Below, one piece after another: positions 44,513-53,226 of a stretch of DNA of 64,000 bases. Positions within the stretch are counted from its first letter, which is position 1, and every line of letters begins with the position of its first letter. A program made the position numbers and the translations under genes. A model generated the notes under the pieces. That model was not told the origin of the DNA. It made no database searches and saw only the letters and a list, made by a program, of their open reading frames with translations. The stretch lies in NCBI GenBank assembly GCA_965248355.1, contig OZ252098.1, forward strand, positions 1,056,001 to 1,120,000. Reading direction: 5' to 3'. The DNA is from Candidatus Latescibacterota bacterium. Its GTDB lineage: Bacteria; Latescibacterota; UBA2968; UBA8231.

Positions 44513-45490
44513 TCACGGGTCCTCCTCACCTGCGAGGAGGCCCAGGTCTTCAATGCCTGTCAAGGTGCAGTTGCGGGCCGCGGCGCGAGTCGCCCGGTCC
44601 AGGGCCTGCGGGACCGTCCCGCCGGTCAGCAGACCGGCCGCCATGGCGGCCAGGAACACGTCCCCGCACCCGGTGGGATCGACCGGGAGGGGCGGGACCA
44701 CCGGCTCTGCCGGCAGGCGCAGGTGGCGGAGCCCGCCTTGGGAGGTCCGCCAGGCGGAGAGCACCCCCTGCTCACCCAAGGTAATCACGGCAACCTTCGG
44801 CCCCAGGTCCAGCAGGGAGGCGGCCCACTCCTCCAGGTCCTCCGCCGGAGCCCCCAGGGTGCGGGCCTCCTCCTCGTTCATCTGCAGGACATCGGCCATC
44901 GACGCCCACAGAGGCCAGGAGGAGGGCGGCCGCAGGTGCCGGCGGCCCTCCGAGTCCCTCGCCAGGGTCAGGCTGTGGACATCCATCAGGATCGGCCCGC
45001 TCATGGCCCGGCGAAGGCTCCGCAGGGTCTCCAGCTCGAGCTCGAACCCGGTGATGAAGTTGACCAGCAGGGCGTCCAGCGAGGAGATCCAGGGGTTCAG
45101 GTCGGCCAACCCGATTGGCGGAACCTCTCCGCGGAGCCGTTCGCTCTTGCGCCCGAACTGGTCGTAGCGAATCTCGCATTGGTACCCCGGTCCGTGGAGC
45201 CGCCGGACCCCTTCCAGGGAGATCTCCGGACAGGCCTCCAGGACGGCCCGTATCCGTGGATCGATGTTCTGCGGTGAACGGGCGAAGAGACGGGTCCGCA
45301 GCCGTCCCCGTCCCAGGTGCGCGAGGGCGCAGGCCGAAAACAGGATGCCCCCCAGGCTCTCGCTGCACCGACCGTCGGGATGGTGAATGGTGTCGAGGTT
45401 GATGCTGCCGATGACCCCTACCTCGGCGATCGAGGCCGCCGGCCGGGATCCGGGGGCCTCGCCCCCCCTGGCCGTCCCGGGATCATTCAT
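44513..45490 (-). CDS. PfkB family carbohydrate kinase
   Basis: GSINLD, QMNEEEA, ITLGEQG, DPTGCGDVF. Confidence 0.9.
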   Translation of the reverse strand: MNDPGTARGGEAPGSRPAASIAEVGVIGSINLDTIHHPDGRCSESLGGILFSACALAHLGRGRLRTRLFARSPQNIDPRIRAVLEACPEISLEGVRRLHGPGYQCEIRYDQFGRKSERLRGEVPPIGLADLNPWISSLDALLVNFITGFELELETLRSLRRAMSGPILMDVHSLTLARDSEGRRHLRPPSSWPLWASMADVLQMNEEEARTLGAPAEDLEEWAASLLDLGPKVAVITLGEQGVLSAWRTSQGGLRHLRLPAEPVVPPLPVDPTGCGDVFLAAMAAGLLTGGTVPQALDRATRAAARNCTLTGIEDLGLLAGEEDP

Positions 45491-45498
45491 GATCCGCT

Positions 45499-45527
45499 TT
45501 GACGCTGAGAGGGAAGACCGCTATGCT
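45499..45527 (+). promoter_or_regulatory. Sigma70 promoter giving a leaderless clpP mRNA
   Basis: TTGACG-17 bp-TATGCT, then 7 nt to ATG 45535; no Shine-Dalgarno. Confidence 0.7.
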
Positions 45528-45534
45528 CCCTTTC

Positions 45535-46149
45535 ATGGCGATCGTACCAATTGTCATCGAGCAGACCGGCCGCGGCGAACGGGCTTACGACATTTTCTCG
45601 AGGCTGCTCAAGGAACGGATCATCTTCATCGGCTCCGTCATCGACGACGCCGAAGCCAACCTGATCATCGCCCAGTTGCTGTTCCTGGCCTCCGATGATC
45701 CCAAGAAGGACATCTCTCTCTACATCAACAGCCCCGGCGGCTTTCTCACCTCGGGCCTGGCGATCTACGACACCATTCAGCACATCCCCTGCGACGTGGC
45801 CACCCTCTGCGTGGGCCAGGCCTACAGCATGTCCGCCATCCTGCTAGCCGGCGGTACCAAGGGCAAACGGCACGCCCTGCCCCACTCACGGGTGATGCTC
45901 CATCAGCCCTGGGGAGGCGTGGGCGGACAGGCGGCCGACGTGGAGATCCACGCGCGGGAGATCATGGACTGGCGCCGGCGGCTCAACCAGATCCTCGTCG
46001 GCCACACGGGCAGGGACCGGGAGACGATCGACAAGGTCACGGACCGCAGCTACTTCCTGTCCCCCGGGGAGGCCCGGGACTTCGGGCTGATCGACGGAAT
46101 CTTCGAGTCCGCAGCCGACGCCGGCGCCGCCGAACTCGGCATTTCCTGA
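45535..46149 (+). CDS. clpP: ClpP protease subunit (triad Asp replaced by Ser)
   Basis: [28 protein letters not shown] (Ser), MLHQP (His), TDRSYF. Confidence 0.95.
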   Translation: MAIVPIVIEQTGRGERAYDIFSRLLKERIIFIGSVIDDAEANLIIAQLLFLASDDPKKDISLYINSPGGFLTSGLAIYDTIQHIPCDVATLCVGQAYSMSAILLAGGTKGKRHALPHSRVMLHQPWGGVGGQAADVEIHAREIMDWRRRLNQILVGHTGRDRETIDKVTDRSYFLSPGEARDFGLIDGIFESAADAGAAELGIS

Positions 46150-46157
46150 GCTCTCCC

Positions 46158-47138
46158 TCAGAAGGCGACGACCTCGTCGATCCGTTTCGCTCCGAGCAGG
46201 AGCATCATCAGACGGTCGAGGCCGAGGGCCACTCCGGAGGCCGCCGGCATCGAGGCGAGATCCCGAAGGAATTCCTCGTCCAGAGGCAATGCCGGTCGAT
46301 TCTCCTGTTGCCGCCGGACCCGCTCCGCGCGGAAGCGCCGTCGCTGCAGCCTGACGTCGGTCAACTCTCCGAAACCATTGGCGAGCTCGAGCCCGCCGGC
46401 GTATGACTCGAAACGCTCTGCCACCCTGGGATCGTGCTCGTCGAGGCGGGCGAGGGCGGCCACGGGCGCGGGATACCTCGTCAGGTGCACCCCTCTCCCC
46501 ATGCCGGCCAGTGCGGGCTCGACCCTTTCCACAAGCAGCATGTGGAAGACAGTCTCCCAGTCGTCGTGGCGGCCGACGCTGGCACAGTCAGCGGCTTGGG
46601 CGGCCTCCCGCAGCGACTTGGTGTCGGCTTCGAGGAGACAGCCTTGTGGAATCCCCGCATGAAGCTCGAAGGCCTCGGCCACCGTCAGACGGGGCCAAGG
46701 CGACGTCAGGTCGACGGCGCCGGACCCGGGGGTGCGGCCCAGGGGCCGACCGTTGACCCTTTCGGCGGCCTCCGAGAGGAGGCATTCCACGTCGGACATG
46801 ATGCGATCATAGCCGGCGCCGGCACGGTACCACTCCACCATGGCGAACTCCGGCCGATGGCTGGGGGAATGCTCGCCGCCGCGAAAGCAGCGGCAGATCT
46901 GGTAGATCTTCGGCGGGGCCCCCCGGGCCAGCAGTCGCTTCATGTGGTACTCGGGAGAGGTGATGAGCCAGCCGCCGCCGGCGAGTCGTACGGGCTCGAG
47001 GTGAGCATCCTGAGAGGGCGCGGGAACCGACGCCGGCGTCTCGACCTCGACGAAGCCATGACGCTTGAAGTACTCGCGAACCACCCCCAGGACCGAGGAC
47101 CTCACGGAGAGGAGCTCGTCCAGACCTCCACGGTCCAT
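46158..47138 (-). CDS. epmA: EF-P lysine aminoacylase EpmA/GenX
   Basis: TSPEYHMKRLLA, HRPEFAMVEWYR, ERFE, ELANGFGEL, GVALGLDRL. Confidence 0.93.
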   Translation of the reverse strand: MDRGGLDELLSVRSSVLGVVREYFKRHGFVEVETPASVPAPSQDAHLEPVRLAGGGWLITSPEYHMKRLLARGAPPKIYQICRCFRGGEHSPSHRPEFAMVEWYRAGAGYDRIMSDVECLLSEAAERVNGRPLGRTPGSGAVDLTSPWPRLTVAEAFELHAGIPQGCLLEADTKSLREAAQAADCASVGRHDDWETVFHMLLVERVEPALAGMGRGVHLTRYPAPVAALARLDEHDPRVAERFESYAGGLELANGFGELTDVRLQRRRFRAERVRRQQENRPALPLDEEFLRDLASMPAASGVALGLDRLMMLLLGAKRIDEVVAF

Positions 47139-47227
47139 GGGCTGGCGGCCGGAGGCGCCGATCATCCTGAAGGCCGCGAGGCCTCGACGAGGGGTCTGGG
47201 AAGGTGAGTAGGATGAGGGCCCGCGGG

Positions 47228-48454
47228 TCAGGCCCTCTTCTCCTTGCAGATGAAGGTGGGCGGCCCCTTGTGCTCGATGAAGTCGGCGGTGATGATGCAC
47301 TCCTTCACTTCGCCCCTCGATGGCAGATCGAACATGATCTCGTACATCGCCGTCTCCAACACCGCGCGCAGTCCCCGTGCACCCATGGCCTTCTCCTGGG
47401 TGAGCTCCACGACTTTGCGCAGGGCGTGATCCTCGAAGCTGAGACCCAGGCCGTCCATCTCGAACAGCTTCTTGTACTGCCTGACGAGGGCGTTCTTCGG
47501 CTTCTCCAGGATATCGAGCAGGGCGTAATCGCTCAGGGGGTGGAGGGTGCTGATCACCGGGAGGCGACCGATGAGCTCGGGGATCAGCCCGTACTGGATC
47601 AGGTCTTCCGGCTCCACTCGCGACAGCAGTTGGCCGGTGTCGAGCTCGTCCCGGGCCTCGTGGCGGACGCCGAACCCCATGGCGCGGCTCCCCGTGCGGG
47701 CCGAGATGATCTTGTCGAGCCCGTCGAAAGCGCCGCCGCAGATGAACAGGATGTTCCTGGTGTTGATCTGAACGAGAGGCTGTTCGGGATGCTTGCGCCC
47801 GCCCTTCGGCGGTACTCCGGAGACGGTGCCCTCCAGGATCTTGAGCAGTTCCTGTTGCACCCCCTCCCCCGACACGTCCCGGGTGATGGACGGGTTGCCG
47901 GACTTGCGAGCCACTTTGTCAACCTCGTCGATGAACAGAATGCCCCGCTCCGCCTGAGCGACGTCGTAGTCGGCGGACTGAAGGATGCGCACCAGGATGT
48001 TCTCGACATCCTCGCCCACATATCCCGCCTCGGTGAGAACCGTGGCATCGACGATGGCGAAGGGGACCCGAAGAATCCGGGCCAGGGACTCGGCCAGCAG
48101 TGTCTTGCCGGTTCCGGTGGGACCGATGAGCAGGATGTTGCTTTTGGACAACTCCACGTCGGAGCTGCCCGAGTTGACCCGCTTGTAGTGGTTGTATACG
48201 GCGACGCAGAGGGACTTCTTGGCGCGCTCCTGGCCGATGATGTGCTCGTCCAGCTGCGCCTTGAGCTCTGCCGGCTTCGGCAGGGGATCTCCGTTGAGGC
48301 TGGGCTTTTGCTTGTCCTCCTCCTCCAGCACCTCGTTGCACAACGAGACACACTCGTTGCAGATGTGCACGGAGGAGGGGCCGGTGACGATTTTGTCGAC
48401 CTGCCCCACGCCCTTGCCGCAGAAAGCGCAACTGACGGTGTGCTTCTTCAGCAC
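47228..48454 (-). CDS. clpX: ATP-dependent Clp protease ATPase ClpX
   Basis: CAFC...CNEC zinc finger, [25 protein letters not shown] loop. Confidence 0.97.
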   Translation of the reverse strand: MLKKHTVSCAFCGKGVGQVDKIVTGPSSVHICNECVSLCNEVLEEEDKQKPSLNGDPLPKPAELKAQLDEHIIGQERAKKSLCVAVYNHYKRVNSGSSDVELSKSNILLIGPTGTGKTLLAESLARILRVPFAIVDATVLTEAGYVGEDVENILVRILQSADYDVAQAERGILFIDEVDKVARKSGNPSITRDVSGEGVQQELLKILEGTVSGVPPKGGRKHPEQPLVQINTRNILFICGGAFDGLDKIISARTGSRAMGFGVRHEARDELDTGQLLSRVEPEDLIQYGLIPELIGRLPVISTLHPLSDYALLDILEKPKNALVRQYKKLFEMDGLGLSFEDHALRKVVELTQEKAMGARGLRAVLETAMYEIMFDLPSRGEVKECIITADFIEHKGPPTFICKEKRA

Positions 48455-48475
48455 GGCGTTCCTCTTCGGCCGCGC

Positions 48476-49207
48476 TCAGGTCGAGGTCGGGGCCGGCTCG
48501 TCGTCCTCTCCGTCCTCGGCAGCTCCCGGCTCGGCGCCTTCGGGAACGGCCAGGCTGGCATCGGTCTGCGTTTCCTCGGTGGACTCCGAAGCCGTTCCCG
48601 GCTCCGGTCCTCCGAATTCCTCGGCGAGCCCTTCGAGCTCCTGACCCTCTGCGGCCTCACCGCTGAGACGGCTGCCGTCCGAGGAGGCCTCCTCGGAGGT
48701 CTCCCCGGAGCCCGGCTTCATCACGTTGATCGCCTGAAAGCCCTTGGCGGTCTTGGTGACCATGAACTCCACCTCGTCTCCCTGGGTGAGGCTGCGATCC
48801 CAGGAGGAGATGTCCCGCCAATGCACGAAGACATCGGTATCGGCGGCGGTCGAGATGAATCCGTAGCCCTTGTCGTTGTTGAACCACTTGACGGCTCCTC
48901 GGATCCAGGTGTTTTCCTCGAGGCCGTCGCCGTCGCCGCGGCCCCGGAAGGAGGAGGCGTCGGTTCTTGCAGGACGGGAGGGCGGCGCCTGCGCCGAGGT
49001 GGGAGCCGCCTTGCCGCCTTCGACTTCCACGACGCGGTCGAGGATCTGCCGCCGGGTCGACTCGCCGCCGCTGCCGTCGAGAAGCCACTCGAGGCCGGTG
49101 AACAGGCCGATCACGTAGGAGCTGTCGGCGCCGTACAAGCGACGGGCCTGGACGATCCGGTCGGCGATGGATGAGATGTTCCCATGGTTGATCTGGAGCG
49201 ATGCCAA
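48476..49207 (-). CDS. Cold-shock domain protein with N-terminal extension and acidic tail
   Basis: GAVKWFNNDKGYGFI, DVFVHW; SD GGAGGAGG upstream. Start is TTG 49207 or GTG 49216. Confidence 0.85.
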   Translation of the reverse strand: MASLQINHGNISSIADRIVQARRLYGADSSYVIGLFTGLEWLLDGSGGESTRRQILDRVVEVEGGKAAPTSAQAPPSRPARTDASSFRGRGDGDGLEENTWIRGAVKWFNNDKGYGFISTAADTDVFVHWRDISSWDRSLTQGDEVEFMVTKTAKGFQAINVMKPGSGETSEEASSDGSRLSGEAAEGQELEGLAEEFGGPEPGTASESTEETQTDASLAVPEGAEPGAAEDGEDDEPAPTST

Positions 49208-49344
49208 AACGATCACCCTCCTCCCGTAACCCAGGTCTACCCGGCGGAGCAGCGGCCACTCCCCGGGGCTTGATTCGACTGGAGCGACACTGTGGACGCA
49301 GTCACTCGGCAATCTTCCTAAGTACCAACACTGCCGTCACATTG

Positions 49345-50844
49345 TCAAATCTCGGCAACACCGCTCCACGGCGGCGCTCCGCCGCCCGGCGGCGGATGCT
49401 CGGTGATCCGGTACCCCTGTATCCCCTCGCGGATCCGCTGGGCGCTCACCTTGAGAATCCCGGTGACCGGAACGGCGATCAACATGCCCACCATACCCGA
49501 CAACTCGCTGCCTATCATCACCACCGTCAGCACCACCAGGGGATGCAGGTCGACGCTCCGAGCGACGACGATGGGCTGCACCAGCACGTTGTCGACGACC
49601 TGGATGCACAGGAACAGGACGACCACCTTGACCACCATGGCGGCACCGCTGCCCGTGGCCAGGGCTACCCCGGAGGCCGAGGCGATGCCGATGATCGGAC
49701 CCAGGTAGGGGATCATGTTCGCAAGGCCCGCCACGATGCCCACGGGAATGGCATACCGCAACTCCAACAGCATCAGGCCGGTCACCGAGAGGGAGGCCAC
49801 TACGGACACGGCGAGGAGCTGTCCGCGGATGTATCCGCCGATGGAGTTGTTGATGGAGTGCACGAGATAGAGGGTCATCTCGAAGTAGGCGTTGGGCACC
49901 ATCTCGACCAGGGCCCGGGTGATCCGCCGGCCCTCCTTGAGGAAGAAGAAGGCCACAAAGGGGACGATGACCACGAGCAGGACCCCCGATACGAAGCCGC
50001 TGACCAGCCTGGTCGTCACCGAGCCGCTCAGGAACCTCGTCGTGCGCTCGAGGAGAACCTCGATCAGCTGGTGGCTGTGGGTCGTGACCCAAGCGGTGGC
50101 GGCCGCCATGGACTCCTCTTCGAAGCCGAGGTATCGGCCGAGGTTCCAAGTCTTGGAGGTGATGCGGCTGACGAAGTGCGGACCTGCCAAGCCGAAGTCG
50201 AGGCCTCCGGCCGAGAGGGTCAATCCGCCCACGGTCCTGGCTCCCCCGTAGCTCCGCTCCCAGGCGCCCCTCTTGTCGCCTCGTTCAGTCCGGTTGCCGC
50301 GCAGGGGAATCGAATGGGGGTCGCCGATCAAACCCTCCAGGACGAGGGCTCCCTCATGGGTCTTCGCGTCGGGCGGAGCGAACTCGATCCGGATAGTCCC
50401 GTGCTCTCCCGGCTCCAGGACGAGGGTCCCGTCAGCCGGATCGAGGATGACGAAGGGGTTGGTCCCGGCCCCGGACCGGGTCGTGACCTGCAGGACCAGG
50501 GCCCGTTCGTCGCCGGCGGTGACTTCCACGGTGGCCTGGACGCGCTCGGAGCGCAGGAGGTCGGCGTAGAGCTCCACCATCTCCTCCGTCATCCGCTTGC
50601 CGAGCGTGACCACCCCAAACCCCAGCAGGAGGAAGGTAGCCAGGAAGATCATCAGGATGCTGGGCGTACGTCTTAGGCCCTTGGCCTCCATGCGATCGAC
50701 GACCGGCGTCAACACGTAGGCGAGGACGAAGGCCAGCACGAAGGGCGCCAGGATCCCCCGCAGCAGGTAGAGCATCCACAAGGCGACGAGGGCGGCGACG
50801 ACCACCCCCACCAGCTTGATCCTCGGCCCGAGAAGGGCGCCCAT
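49345..50844 (-). CDS. AI-2E family transporter with inserted Ig-like domain
   Basis: LAYVLTPVV, FFFLKEG, GYIRGQ, IPYLGP, DNVLVQP, LHP. Confidence 0.9.
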   Translation of the reverse strand: MGALLGPRIKLVGVVVAALVALWMLYLLRGILAPFVLAFVLAYVLTPVVDRMEAKGLRRTPSILMIFLATFLLLGFGVVTLGKRMTEEMVELYADLLRSERVQATVEVTAGDERALVLQVTTRSGAGTNPFVILDPADGTLVLEPGEHGTIRIEFAPPDAKTHEGALVLEGLIGDPHSIPLRGNRTERGDKRGAWERSYGGARTVGGLTLSAGGLDFGLAGPHFVSRITSKTWNLGRYLGFEEESMAAATAWVTTHSHQLIEVLLERTTRFLSGSVTTRLVSGFVSGVLLVVIVPFVAFFFLKEGRRITRALVEMVPNAYFEMTLYLVHSINNSIGGYIRGQLLAVSVVASLSVTGLMLLELRYAIPVGIVAGLANMIPYLGPIIGIASASGVALATGSGAAMVVKVVVLFLCIQVVDNVLVQPIVVARSVDLHPLVVLTVVMIGSELSGMVGMLIAVPVTGILKVSAQRIREGIQGYRITEHPPPGGGAPPWSGVAEI

Positions 50845-50846
50845 GC

Positions 50847-51437
50847 TCAGCCCCGGGCGGGCGAGGACTCACCGGCGCCCGCCTCGTCCTCCGCCGACTC
50901 GCGGTCCCCGGCCTCGGCCTCGAGCCGCCGCACCTGGTGGCGGGCCTCCCTCAGCAGCCGGCTGGTCTGACGCAGCCGGACCGCAGCCATCTGCGATAGC
51001 TGGATCACGATCTTCAGCCCGATGCGGGGATGGCTCTGGATCAGTTGCAGCAAGTCCGGACGGAAGAACCCCACGGCCTTCGTCGGCTCCCGCGCGACGG
51101 CCGTGGCGGTTCGGGGCGACTGGTCGAGGAGCACCTGGTCTCCGAAGAAATCCCCCTCCCGGAAGGTGGCGAGCTCGACCGTGGAGCCGTCCGCCTCCTC
51201 TTGGAGGATGGCCACCTCTCCTGACAGGATGACGTACATCCCGACCCCCATGTCGCCCTCCCGGACAATCGCCTCGTCCGGCGAGTAGCTGCGCGTATGC
51301 AGGACCTCCCGGATGTGCTCGAACTCCCGGCGGCTGAGGTCCTGGAAGATCGGCACCTTCGACAGCACTTCGTAGAACTCGTCACCGCCACGGTCTCTAC
51401 GGCGGAAGAGGTTGCTCCAGAAGGGGTCCGCGGGCAT
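50847..51437 (-). CDS. Stand-alone cyclic nucleotide-binding domain protein
   Basis: VPIFQDLS, IVREGD, GDFFGD, PRTATA. Confidence 0.9.
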   Translation of the reverse strand: MPADPFWSNLFRRRDRGGDEFYEVLSKVPIFQDLSRREFEHIREVLHTRSYSPDEAIVREGDMGVGMYVILSGEVAILQEEADGSTVELATFREGDFFGDQVLLDQSPRTATAVAREPTKAVGFFRPDLLQLIQSHPRIGLKIVIQLSQMAAVRLRQTSRLLREARHQVRRLEAEAGDRESAEDEAGAGESSPARG

Positions 51438-51479
51438 CGGACGGAGGCCGGAATCGAGCCGTCTTGTGCCGCCGAGGGC

Positions 51480-51806
51480 TCAGGAAAGGACGGCGTCCAG
51501 CTTCTCGGTGATCTGGGACTTGGGGACGGCGCCGATGACCTGATCGGCCACCCTGCCTTCCCGGAAGATCAGGAGGGTGGGAATGCTCCGGATTCCGTAT
51601 TCCTGCGCCGTCTTCTGCGCCGAGTCCACGTCGAGCTTGCAGACCTTGGCGCGCCCGTCGTATTCGCCGACCAGCTCCTCCACGATTGGCGCCACCATTC
51701 GGCACGGACCGCACCAGGCGGCCCAGAAGTCGACGAGCACGGGGCGATCGAATTCCAGCACCTCGGACTCGAAGTTGTCGTCTGTCAGGACGATCGGGTC
51801 GGCCAT
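51480..51806 (-). CDS. trxA: Thioredoxin
   Basis: DFWAAWCGPC, SIPT. Confidence 0.98.
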   Translation of the reverse strand: MADPIVLTDDNFESEVLEFDRPVLVDFWAAWCGPCRMVAPIVEELVGEYDGRAKVCKLDVDSAQKTAQEYGIRSIPTLLIFREGRVADQVIGAVPKSQITEKLDAVLS

Positions 51807-51885
51807 TGAACCTCCAATCTGGTAAGTCGGTGTTTATCCGGCACTTAGTAATATTTTCCAATATACCGGGGAGCCTCTTTCCATG

Positions 51886-52941
51886 TCAACCCCGGGGGGG
51901 CCGCCGACCCGGCGGAACGAGGGCTGCCAGGCACAGATCCAGCACGGCCCTGTTGCGCACCCGGCCTCCTCCGCTCTTGAGCAGATCGTCAGCCCGGCGC
52001 AGCGCGCACAGGCCTCGCCAGAGGGCACGGGATGGCAGTCGAGAGGCCTGCTGCCGGTAGGAGGCCAGGAAATAGGGTGAGATCCCGAGATTCCGCGCCA
52101 TCTGCTCCTTCGGGAGTCCCTGTTTCTCGAGCTGTTGAGTGCGCAGAAGGAGCTGCAGGTGGCGGCTCATGAGCGGCAGGATCCGGTTGGGCTCCTCCCC
52201 CTGCTCCAGCAACGCCTGCAGCAGGCCTGAGGCCCGGGGGCGGTCCGCTGAGCCGACGGCGTCGGTGAAGTCGAAGACGCTCTCTCCACGGGTCGTGCCG
52301 ACCAGGGCTTCCACGTGTTCCCCCTTCACCTCGGCCGCGCCGCCGACGAACAGGGACAGCTTGTCGAGTTCGTTGGCCAGCTCCATGAGCTGGGTTCCCA
52401 CGTACATCCCCAGCCTCTCGACGGCCCCGGGGGATAGACGCATATCCCGCTCGGCCGCCATCTCCCGGACCACGTCTGGAAGCTGCCGGTCGAAGGGCAC
52501 CCTGAACTCGCAGGAGATCCCCTGTCTTGCGATCTGGGAGAACAGCCGCCGGCGCATGTCGATCTTGCCGCCCGCGGCGAGCAGGACCGAGGTCTCGGCG
52601 GGATTCTCCAGGATCGGCTCGAGGGCATTGCACAGGGGGGGAGTCAGGCGATCGATGTGGCGCAGAACCACCACCCGGTGGGCTGCCATCATCGGATAGG
52701 AGAAGTAGACGTCCAGGAGGCTCTTCGGATCGAAAGCGTCACCGTGAAACACGTCGACATTGAAGTCGCCGGCCACCTCGGGCCGGAGGCGATCCAGGAG
52801 CCATTTGTAGAGGCGCTCCCGGCGGTACGCTTCCTCTCCGTGAAGCAGAAGGAACGTCGTCATCTCCCCCGCCTCCACGTGCCGGCGAACGGCTTCCGGG
52901 GTCCATCGAGCGCTGTTCCGCGAACGCTTCGCCGCACTCAC
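51886..52941 (-). CDS. holA: DNA polymerase III delta subunit
   Basis: LLHGEEAY, PMMAAHRVVV, NELDKL, VFDFTDA, DDLLKSG. Confidence 0.92.
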   Translation of the reverse strand: MSAAKRSRNSARWTPEAVRRHVEAGEMTTFLLLHGEEAYRRERLYKWLLDRLRPEVAGDFNVDVFHGDAFDPKSLLDVYFSYPMMAAHRVVVLRHIDRLTPPLCNALEPILENPAETSVLLAAGGKIDMRRRLFSQIARQGISCEFRVPFDRQLPDVVREMAAERDMRLSPGAVERLGMYVGTQLMELANELDKLSLFVGGAAEVKGEHVEALVGTTRGESVFDFTDAVGSADRPRASGLLQALLEQGEEPNRILPLMSRHLQLLLRTQQLEKQGLPKEQMARNLGISPYFLASYRQQASRLPSRALWRGLCALRRADDLLKSGGGRVRNRAVLDLCLAALVPPGRRPPRG

Positions 52942-53117
52942 GGAGGCCCCCCTTCCGGGGACCGGTCCTCCACCTCCTCGAAGTCGGCCTCCACCACGCG
53001 GCTGCGATCGATCGTTGGGGGCTTGCTCCGGGGGGCACCGCTCCCCGTCCTGCCCAAGGCCCGCATGAGCCCGTAGCCGAGGCTGCAGAGCAGCCCGAAG
53101 AGCAGAAGCTTGATCAA
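52938..53117 (-). CDS. Small single-TM protein (59 aa, absent from ORF track)
   Basis: MIKLLLFGLLCSLGYGLM...VVEADFEEVED; its stop overlaps the holA GTG. Confidence 0.7.
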   Translation of the reverse strand: MIKLLLFGLLCSLGYGLMRALGRTGSGAPRSKPPTIDRSRVVEADFEEVEDRSPEGGPP

Positions 53118-53226
53118 GGTGGCGTATTCGGAAGTGGGATGAGGGGGCTGGGGGGCAAACTACCCGCGTGCTCAGGGAGGGTCAACAAGACGGGCCGCCG
53201 CCGACCGGCTCCCTGAAGCCGGCTGA

